DNA of 63,709 bases, the filler included, from Octopus bimaculoides (taxonomy: Eukaryota), in the NCBI RefSeq assembly GCF_001194135.2. It is 4 parts of 4 records of this genome, joined end to end, with 100 filler letters (N's around TTAATTAATTAA, not from the genome) between each part and the next. Parts side by side here need not be neighbours in the genome. Positions count along the whole stretch, not along the records: positions 41,808 to 63,709 come from NC_068981.1; 3 more parts are not named here. The stretch is one strand, 5' to 3'. Below, in pieces: positions 53,785-63,709 of this stretch. The stretch's first letter is position 1. Each line of letters begins with the position of its first letter. A program made the translations under genes and the position numbers. Under the pieces are notes generated by a model, which was not told the origin of the DNA, ran no database searches, and was given only the letters and a program-made list of their open reading frames with translations.

Positions 53785-53821
<37 letters not shown>

Positions 53822-54629
53822 CACAGAGACAGACAGAGAGAAAGTGAGAGAATGATTGAATGTATGTATATATGTATGTATGTATGTATGTATGTGTGAA
53901 TGCATATATAAATGAATGTATGTATGTATGTGTGTATGTATGTATGTGTCCATGTATATATGTATGTATGTTTGTATGTATGTATTATGTATGTATCTAT
54001 GTATGTATGCTGTTCTCTTTCTCATTTTTAATTTAGAACAAATTTTGACCGACCACCTATTTGGTAGCAATGTTGTGAAGGAAAGCATCCTTTGTTCATT
54101 ACCCTTTACATCTTAAGAAGGTCTTGGGGATTTTTATAATTCAAGATAATCGTGATCATTTGTTGTGTATGTATGTATTTTAGTGAGGGGTCTCGTAGCT
54201 GTTGTCAGCATCATACTAAGAGAGGAACAGTCTGATGTAAAACCTGGTGTTTCACGTGATTACTGGTCATCTTGCTTAGGCCTTTAACCAACTACTAATC
54301 ACGGTGACTCAGAGGATGGTATTCGTGTTGTACAAGCGTTTGTAACTATAATCCAATGGTGTACAGATGTCTCTTTATGGTGAACTTATTTGTCACTCCA
54401 TCTACTGAAAGTTCCGTGGTGATAAACGAGTGGTGACATGTGCTAACCAAACCAGTTAGGATCGCACAGTATGTTACAACTTTCATCTGACTTCTGCTCC
54501 AAACCATGCAGATCGGCAACAGGACTGAATTCATGACCTCTGAGAGGTCATGAATAGGGAGTCAGAAATGCCATTGATAACGAAGAAGCAGAAGGATACG
54601 GCAATAATCTATGAAGATAGAGCAATCAC

Positions 54630-55200
54630 CATGTATGTATGCATGTATACATGTATGTATGTATGTATGTATGTATGTATGTATGTATGTATGTATGTAT
54701 GTATGCATGCATGTATGTGTGTATGTATGTATGCATGCAGGTATGTATGCAGGTATGTATATATATGCACGAATGCATGTATGCATGTATATATGTATGT
54801 TTGGATGTATGTATGCATGCATTATGTATGCATGTATGCATGTATGTTTGGATATATGTACGCATGCATGTATGCATGTATGTTTGGATGTATGTATGTA
54901 TGCATGAATGTATTACACATGTATGTATATACACATTACACACGCATACATACACATATATGCTTTCATATATAAATACATACATATGTATGTATTTATA
55001 TATGAAAGCATATATGTGTATGTATGCGTGTGTAATGTGTATATTTGTGTATTTGTGCGTATGTATGCACGTATATGTGCGCATGTATGTACATATGCAT
55101 ACATGTCCGTATGTGTGTACTACGTACCTACGTACCTATGTATGTATGCATGTATTTGTGATGTGTTTAATTATATATGCTTGCACGTATGTAGATAGGT
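54630..55200. repeat. (TATG/CATG)n compound microsatellite
   Basis: Seen directly. Confidence 0.9.
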
Positions 55201-55229
55201 ATAAATTAGTAACAGTAGAGGTACAGGTA

Positions 55230-55320
55230 TCCATCTATTACGGCCGTTTCTAACGACACCTTTAATTGATTAATGAAAACATTACATCATTGTAAAGAAA
55301 CCGTTTTCGTCAGATGAATT
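55230..55320 (-). ncRNA. PLE-type hammerhead with intact core and A.A at the base of stem II
   Basis: Minus: AATTCAT-CTGACGA-A-AACGGTTTCTTTA...TAAAGGTGTCGTT-A-GAAAC-GGCC-GTA-ATAGAT. Stem II has 12 of 13 positions paired (with G.U); palindromic loop III; stem I weak. Confidence 0.6.
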
Positions 55321-57076
55321 CCTGAACTTCAAAATTAAGGACATTCGAAATGATTAACATACCCAGATTCGGAAGAGTAGAATACGAGACTCTGATTTTC
55401 TTACAGGAGAATAATATGCTATATTTATGCAAAGGGTGGGATCTGCCCTTCGTAAATATTATGGACTGTATATTTAATATAATGTACAAGTCTGAATAGC
55501 TCAAGAGCGGATTCTTTCACTCAGCTGGGTTTGATTGTCTACATACACTGCAAGAATATAATTCGGCCGGTATTTATGTACCAAGTTTGAGATTTACATA
55601 ATGTTCTTGCGTGTGTATATTATTGCGACCTAACGAGGTGCCTCAATTTAAGTACGTAATTCAACTGAATCTTACTTATGTGTAGATAGGTATATAGATA
55701 TGTATGCATATATGTACGTACGTAACTATGCATGTGTCTAAGTATGTGTATGTACTTCTGCTCCTTGCACGATATGCGTTACTGAGTTACAAGCACTCCT
55801 TTGTCACTTTTACCGTCAGAAATGCAATAAACTTATGAATTACCTGTTGGAAACCGGTAACGAGCAACGATATTGTTCACTATCAGTGATATAAAAAAAA
55901 TATTTAACACTTAGAAAATTAAGGTCTTTGCCTAACTAAATGTTACAGTATACACCAGCAATTACGTTATGCGAACTCTGAACTCTACTGATTCGGTCAA
56001 CCGTAACACTTATTGAACATATTGGAACAATATTCTCTGACAGAAGGCTGCAGGATGTCTGTAATTTACTTTAGAGAATTACGTCAGAGGAGACTAACAG
56101 GTGTACCGGAAGCTAATATCAATGTCATTGTTAGTAATATATTTTGCTTGCAAGCTTGTAGCAATATTGTCAGGTTTACAACCGGAAGTTCGAAAGGTTG
56201 GCCAAATTTATTATGGAATAGAACCGACAACGAATATAGAGACAGGATGGGACGAAGAAAAGATATAAGGGAAGAAAGAAAGAACTAATAATTGAGAAAA
56301 GAGATATATACGCCATGATATCAGCTACAATAAATGAACCGATTAAATCAAATCGACAAAGTTGATAAATGCAATACTTTCCTCTACACGTGTACAACAC
56401 ACAACTAATGCCCTGGAAGACGCTACAAATGTTACGCTCTAGAATATCTAAGGAGGTAAGACATTACATATAACCAGAATAGCTTACCCATCGGAACTTA
56501 TGGATTAGTTTCACTCAATTATTTACGATCTGATGACGTATGCTGTAGGCAATGTTTCCAGTGGTGACAGATGATAGTGTGATTTTCATCATATGAGTTA
56601 TAGATAGATTGGTGAAGCAGACATATTAGAGTGTCAGACGAAATGTCTTACGAACTGGCGTAGTCACTAGGGAGTTGGGTAGACTGCTTCGCAGTACTTG
56701 TTCCGACTCTTTGCGTCTTGCGTTCAAATCCCACTGAAGTCATCTTTGCTTTTCCTCTTACTGGGACTGATAAAAATGTGCCCTGAACTTTACAGCTGCA
56801 GTTTTGTACTCAACGACGATGGCAGCCTTAAATGACACTACTAGATAATAAACTACTAGATGAAAACGATATAGACGCTATTAGATGTCGCAACTCGGAT
56901 TCATAAATTCCTACAAATAACAGCCAAATCTCCAAATCACACAATTCTATCGTCTTCAACATAAAAATAAATAATAGAGTGGGACACGTTAAGTAATTTA
57001 GCCTTGGATATGCCATGTTAGAAAGAAGAACGTGATGCCCATGGCTGAAAGCAATGTCCATATTGTCATTTTAGAA

Positions 57077-57310
57077 AAAGAAGAAGAAGAAGAAGAAGAA
57101 GAAGAAGAAGAAGAAGAAGAAGAAGAAGAAGAAGAAGAAGAAGAAGAAGAAGAAGAAGAAGAAGAAGAAGAAGGAGGAGGAGGAGGAGGAGGAGNNNNNN
57201 NNNNNNNNNNNNNNNNNNNNNNNNNAGAAGAAGGAAGAGGAGGAGGAGGAGGAGAAGGAGAAGAAGAAGAAGAAGAAGAAGAAGAAGAAGAAGAAGAAGA
57301 AGAAGAAGAA
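57077..57310. repeat. (GAA)n/(GGA)n trinucleotide repeat
   Basis: Seen directly; explains the poly-Glu ORF. Confidence 0.95.
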
Positions 57311-57747
57311 ATTTTAAAATGTTTTAAATTGTCTGAACTGGTCTTTCACGTCACACTATGGATGAATATATTGCAGTATCGTGTCCTACAAGATGTTGCT
57401 GTCGTTTAAAATCCTTGTGAATACTCACTGAGCAGAGTTATAATGAGATATGTTCCAACCATGGCCCTCCTGTCCTGTAACTGAGTATTGTGCTCCTCAA
57501 AGTACATTATCCATTGTGTCAATGGTTTTTCAAAACGATAATTTGGGAGGTAATTTGGCTGATATTTCTTGTAAGTGGTGAGGACCACGTAACAGCTTCT
57601 TTACTGTTCTAGGTCTGCTCTGATTGAACAAGCATTTCAGCCATGATCTTCCCATTTGATTTTGCTTGCAATGAGCTTCCAATGCTATACCATGTAAGGT
57701 AATAAGGTGTCATTTGAAAGTTTAGTCTCTTGCAGGTCTGTCGATAA

Positions 57748-58075
57748 TTCAGTGGTTAGGGCATCGGGCTCAAAATCATGAGATAGTGAATTCGATTCCC
57801 GAACCGAGCTGTGTGTCCTGTTCTTGAGCAAGACCGTTTATATCACGCTGCTCCAAAGCCACTCAGCTGTAGAAGAGTTGCGACGTCACTGGTGCAAAGC
57901 TGTATCGACTTTTGCCTTTCCCTTAGATAACATCGGTGGTATGGAGAGGGAAGGCTGGTATGCATGAGCAACTGCTGGTCTTCCATAAGTAATCTTGCCC
58001 GGACTTGTCCCTCGGACGGTAACTTTCTAGGTGCAATCCCTGGTCATTCATGACCGAAGGAGGTCATTACCTTAC
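57748..58075 (+). mobile_element. tRNA-derived SINE, family H, near full length
   Basis: Head 'ttcagtggttagggcatcgggctc..gaattcgattcc'; body is the reverse complement of 61005-61320 and 25650-25775. Confidence 0.8.
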
Positions 58076-58229
58076 TCTCGTGTTAGCTCTAGACCTGCTT
58101 TGAGCAGATCTGTACGTTAAAGATGATCCAATTATATTTTTTCAGCTTTTGTATATCTTGCACTACGCATCGATCTTGTTCTCAGATAACCTGCAAAACT
58201 CAGGTCATCAAACCAAACTAATCCAACAC

Positions 58230-58680
58230 AAGGTCTAGTTTTTGTTCTGATGTGGTGACTTCTGTGCCTCAATGACCCTAAGAACCATGCGAATGGAACG
58301 AAAGTTCCTCGTTAGCACCACCCTCCTTACACACACATGCTTGACTGGTCTAATGGTAGCGGCCAGACTAAAATGGACTGCCTCTTCCCAAAATAAAAAT
58401 GGGTTTGCATAAGCCCAACATAACTGCCTAAACAAAAAAAGGCAGAGTAACAGAAGCATCTATGACAATTCAAAGCCAAGAAGACTTGGGAAAGAAAGGT
58501 TTAAACAGTACCGCAAAAATCTGAAACGAATCTGCAAACGAACACTCATTCTGACCACAACGCAAATCCATCTGGACAGAAGAAGAAAAGTCAGCCTAAA
58601 ATGGAGATGGGTGGAGAAAAGTCGTCAATAACCTATGCACCACAGCGAGCGAAGAGTTTAAATCAGTAAACTAAACAAAA
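58230..58680 (+). mobile_element. old RTE-clade LINE 3' relic
   Basis: ARLKW.. followed by ..GKERFKQYRKNLKRIC resembles the RTE 'RLRWAGH..KRFKDxLKxxLK' end; heavily mutated. Confidence 0.45.
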
Positions 58681-59215
58681 TAAAACTGTAATTCGTCCTG
58701 TTCCAGACGGTAAGGATATTAGCCACTATTTTTCATTAGTTCGTATATCGAAGGTATGAAAGCCTTACATAGACCATCCCACTCCACGTTAACAGTTATT
58801 TGACTAGAAATTGTTGGTGAAACTAAACAGTGAATCAAACCTGTTTGACAGACGTCGCACACAAAGACCTTACTATCACACTACGGTACTTGTATATAGT
58901 CTGTTAAGGTTTAAACAAAAAACAAATGTAGACTAAAGTATTACAAAGTATAATAAAGGCGGAATAAACAACTAAATAAAATCTGGGGGTTGGGTATGTC
59001 ATCTTCCAGACATGTCACACTGAGGAATTTGTTTTTTAATCTTTTGCACTTACCAAATACATGTCTCTGAACTGGTTTTGTTTCTTTTTTATTTTAAATT
59101 CATTTAATAGCATTTTTCCCAGAGAACATTTAATTTAACAACACATTTATTCAGTCTCTCTTTCCACACGCACACACACAATCCTTACATATATATATGT
59201 ATATATATACATATA

Positions 59216-59284
<69 letters not shown>

Positions 59285-59984
59285 GATACATACACACACT
59301 TATACATACATATGTATGTGTCCATGTATGTATATGTACCCCCACACATATGCATGAATATGCTCCACCCTACACTCATCACACGTGTGTGTGCTCATGA
59401 ACAAACATGAGTGTATATACATATATATATATGTGCGTGGTTATGTGTATGTGTGTGTGTGTGTGTGTGTGAGTTGTATGTGTGTCTTTGTGTGTATCTG
59501 GATGTGTCTCAGTGTGTGCGTGTGCGCGTGTGCGCGTGCGTGCATAAATGTGTGCGAATGCATTGTTTCAAACTGGCTATTGTTTCCCAATTTACTTTGT
59601 CATCCAAACATGCCCCACACTTCGTCTTCTTCCCTCCTTTTCTTTTGCTTCCTCTCGCTCCACTTCTTTTCCCTTCATCTCTATAGAGCCCCAAATTCTC
59701 TCCTCTTTACTTCGGTTCCTTTCTCTCTTCTGCACCATTATATTAGTTCGCACTGTTCTGGCCTTCTTTTGTTTTTTTTCATTCCTATTTTCAACTTTTG
59801 GTGCTCTTTACTCTGCACCCTTTCTGTCTCTATCTTTTCCTCGTTTTTTAATTTCTTGCCGTCTCTGCATTCGATTATTCGAAGAAATACTTTGTCACTT
59901 ATCAAGCAACTCTGTTGCTTATAACTTTCTCTATTCTACCGTCCCGCTTCCTCTGTCTGTCTGTCTGCCTGTCTGTCCGTCTGC

Positions 59985-60048
<64 letters not shown>

Positions 60049-60073
60049 TTATCTATCTCTGTCTGTTTATCTG

Positions 60074-60132
<59 letters not shown>

Positions 60133-60224
60133 GTCTATCAGTTTCTGTCTCATTTCTCTCTCTCTCTCTCTATCTGTTTCTATTTCATTTCTCTCTCACT
60201 GCCTCTCTCTTTCTCTCCCACACA

Positions 60225-60281
<57 letters not shown>

Positions 60282-60379
60282 CTGCGCTTTCACTCAAAGT
60301 TTTATTCGGTTCCACAAAAACGAACAAGCCAGCCTTTTTTAAAACAGTAAGTTAAGTAACTCCCCGCGGGTAACTTTAC

Positions 60380-61620
60380 CGATTTTATAGAACGCTGTCT
60401 ATATTATAGAGGACGCTACCTTATATTAGAGAACATTTGTCTTATACTAGAGAAGAATTGCATTACACTACTAAATATCTGCCTTACACCACAAAACATA
60501 TCTTTTGCGAGAGAATGACTGCCTTATAATAAGTGAATACTTTCCAATTGGCAACCTTAGCTCTTTTACTACAAAACGCCGACCTTAGTATAAAGAACGC
60601 CTAGCTTACAAATGTCAGCATTATATCTTAGAATATTTGCTTTCTATTACATTATGCCTATGTTATACTACAGAATGCTTGTACTATACAAGAGAACGCT
60701 TGCTTTATGCAACAGAACACAAGCCGTAAAGTGCAGACATGACTGCTGTGTATTAGAAAACGCCTTTTTAAAAAAAAATAGAACACTTGCTTTATACAAA
60801 ATACCTGCTTTATAATATAGGACGCCTCTTCTATATTACAGAATACCAGCTTTATACTACAGAAACCTTGCATTATGGCGACAAAAGATTGTCTACTAAT
60901 GCTAGCTTTTGTCTGCTCAACTATACCTTTAACTTTTGAAAGTATCCTGTATTAGAAAGCATGTATGCTTTCTAATACAGAGCACCTCTTTTATATTATA
61001 AAGTGACCCTTCGGTTACGAATGACCATGAAATTGCACCTAGGAGGTTGCCCTTCGAGGCACAAGTCCGGGCAAAGTTGTTTGTGGAAGACCAACAGTCG
61101 CCCATGTATATCCAGTATCTCCTCTCCACGCTACCGATGTTGTCCAAGGAAAATACAAAGGCTGGTACTGCTTGGCACCAGTAGTGTCGCAACTCATATC
61201 TACAGCTGAGTGAAATGGAGCAACGCGAAATAAAGTGTCTTCCTGAAAATCACAAACACACGGCCTACAAGACCTCATCATTGCAAGCCCGACTTTTCAT
61301 AAACGCTGAGCCACGCACCTTCACTGCTTCGCACTATTGAATGCCTATTTTATATCACAGAACTTCGGACTCGGTAACACTTGTTATACTAGAAACTTCT
61401 ACCTTATTCTGCAGAACACCTGTAATACTATGAGTTGTGGTAGCCATGACCTATAGTAAGAGTTGCTTTATACCACACATCGCTTACCTTATACTTCAGA
61501 CACCTGCTTTATACCGCGTACATCCATTTTTCACCGCTGAAGCCTTGTCTCTACAGAATGTTTTAGTTATACAAGAATGCGCCAATCACAGAAAATGCCT
61601 AACATGTTACAGAATGCTTG
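60380..61620. repeat. degenerate 21-bp minisatellite (consensus ~GCTTTATACTACAGAACACTT) interrupted by a SINE
   Basis: Consecutive units at 60807-60827, 60828-60848 and 60849-60869; similar units on both sides of the SINE. Confidence 0.75.
61005..61320 (-). mobile_element. tRNA-derived SINE, family H
   Basis: Reverse complement of 57748-58075. Confidence 0.8.
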
Positions 61621-62309
61621 GCTTGTTTTGTTTGCTTTCCTTTGGTTTTGGTTTTCATTCCAGATCGTTCTAGTCGGAACAATGTGGCGAATGTGTTATG
61701 TCCCAGTTTCCTTTTTACATGCAATTATTGTAAATTTGTTTTGCTACAGTACCGGTTATGATACGGCCACAGTGACGAGGCGCATATTGGGAAAAAATGA
61801 CATAAACAGTATCTCATGTTTATNNNNNNNNNNNNNNNNNNNNNNNNNNNNNNNNNNNNNNNNNNNNNNNNNNNNNNNNNNNNNNNNNNNNNNNNNNNNN
61901 NNNNNNNNNNNNNNNNNNNNNNNNNNNNNNNNNNNNNNNNNNNNNNNNNNNNNNNNNNNNNNNNNNNNNNNNNNNNNNNNNNNNNNNNNNNNNNNNNNNN
62001 NNNNNNNNNNNNNNNNNNNNNNNNNNNNNNNNNNNNNNNNNNNNNNNNNNNNNNNNNNNNNNNNNNNNNNNNNNNNNNNNNNNNNNNNNNNNNNNNNNNN
62101 NNNNNNNNNNNNNNNNNNNNNNNNNNNNNNNNNNNNNNNNNNNNNNNNNNNNNNNNNNNNNNNNNNNNNNNNNNNNNNNNNNNNNNNNNNNNNNNNNNNN
62201 NNNNNNNNNNNNNNNNNNNNNNNNNNNNNNNNNNNNNNNNNNNNNNNNNNAATTTATATTTTTACTCCTGATAAAATTACATTCACTACGATATTATCTT
62301 GCTCGTAAA

Positions 62310-62470
62310 AAGGCGGTGAGCTGGCAGAATCGTCAGCACGCTGGATGAAATGCTTAGCGGTATTTCGCCCGTCTCTACGTTCTGGGTTCAAATTCCATCG
62401 AGGTCGACTTTGCTTTTCATCTTTCCGGGGTCGATAAATTAAGTAACAGTTGTGTCCTGGGGGTTGATCT
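62310..62470 (+). mobile_element. SINE-like repeat, family D
   Basis: 'aaggcggtgagctggcagaatcg..ggttcaaattccatcgaggtcgactttgc'. Confidence 0.8.
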
Positions 62471-63709
62471 AAGCGTCATTACATATTTAAATGGATCTGG
62501 TTATTCTTGAAAAACTCGTTTTCTTAATGGAGCAGAAACAGCTGTAATTTATGAGATGTGCCATTTGTTTGCATAAAATATTTGAATTGAATTGCATTTA
62601 TAATTGTTCAATTTATTGTTTTGTTTTCCATTTCTTATATATATATATATGTATGTATATATATACATGTATATATATTTATATATATACATATGTATAT
62701 ATATACATGTATATATATGTATAACCCTAACCCTAACCCTCTCTCCTCTCTTCCTCTCTTTCTCTCCCCTCCCATACCCACCTTCCCCTTCCCCTTCATC
62801 GTCAACACCCCCTCATAAGCTCATCCCACCACACCCCAACACACTCCTACTCTACCTTCCCACTACACCCATCCAATTCCTTACACGCTCACGTGGTTGC
62901 ACCAGCTAATCCTGTCTCCTCTCATCACACACGAATTTTTGGATTCTACCTTCTTTCCTTCTGGATCTACTCTTTCTGGACTGTTTGATTCTGAACTTTA
63001 CACCCTCCGGCTGCACCTCTCCTACCCACGGATTACACTGGACCCATCTTCTGATTGGAAATNNNNNNNNNNTCTGAACTTTACACCCTCCGGCTGCACC
63101 TCTCCTACCCACGGATTACACTGGACCCATCTTCTGATTGGAAATCGCTTCAATATACCACGACGTCTAAAAAACTTTTGAACTTTTGAACTTTTCCACC
63201 TTTGTAAACCTCCTTTATCATCTTTATTTTTACCTTTATTTTCCTTCACCTACCGTCTCTTCGTACTCTGGATGTTCCTAATCTGTTTTCTCTAATCTGC
63301 ACCTATTACTTTGTATTCTTCTCCCTCCATTTCTTTTCTCCTCTCGTTTCTTCTCTCCCTGTCACCCCATTTTCTCCCTATTGTCCCATCTTCCTTTTTG
63401 CTTTGTTTTTTTCTCCCACCTCGCATATATTTTCTTCTCACAACCCCTTTTTCGTTTTTTCTCCTCATGCCTTTATTTTTTTCCCCCACACCTGTTATAA
63501 AATTTTTTTGTTTTTTTTCCACGTCCAATTTTCTCATCACGCTTGTTTTTTTTCCACCACACCTTTTGTAATTCTCCTTCCCACGTTTAATTTTCTTTTC
63601 TCTCTCGTTCCATCATGCCTGACTACAAATCTTTCCAACTCACTCTCCACAACCGCCTAAAACTATACCTCCGCACACTTCCCTCTTAATACTTTCAACC
63701 TACTATACG

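Noticed and set aside
53661-53924. Exact 104-bp direct duplication (53661-53764 / 53821-53924)
   Set aside because: Flanks a 10-N gap; unmerged contig overlap.
57032-57409. Poly-Glu ORF
   Set aside because: Pure (GAA)n/(GGA)n repeat spanning a gap.
62990-63145. Exact 73-bp direct duplication (62990-63062 / 63073-63145)
   Set aside because: Flanks a 10-N gap; assembly artefact.

Overview
AT-rich, microsatellite-saturated, gap-riddled animal genomic DNA. The SINE families and (TA)n/(CA)n/(TATC)n load suggest an octopus or other cephalopod draft scaffold (inference from familiarity, not checked). I recognise no intact protein-coding gene; most supplied ORFs are microsatellite or N-run artefacts. 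Supported content: many tRNA-derived SINE-like repeats in about five families; decayed LINE fragments (two RTE, one L1/Tx1, one CR1/L2-group); a full-length but dead Tc1 (DD34E spacing) with long IR/DR termini; mariner fragments; MITEs. Best signal: a structurally complete type I hammerhead ribozyme on the minus strand (about 17360-17462) inside a perfect 76-bp inverted repeat. At least five more Penelope-like (PLE) hammerhead relics are scattered through the window, several sharing an unusual A.A pair at the base of stem II. CpG decay in SINE copies changes at about 12-13 kb, implying a methylated gene body on the left and unmethylated DNA on the right, with a promoter-like segment at the border. 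Candidate exons are reported only at low confidence. SINE family letters (A, B/C, D, E, F, H) are my own labels and SINE coordinates are approximate.
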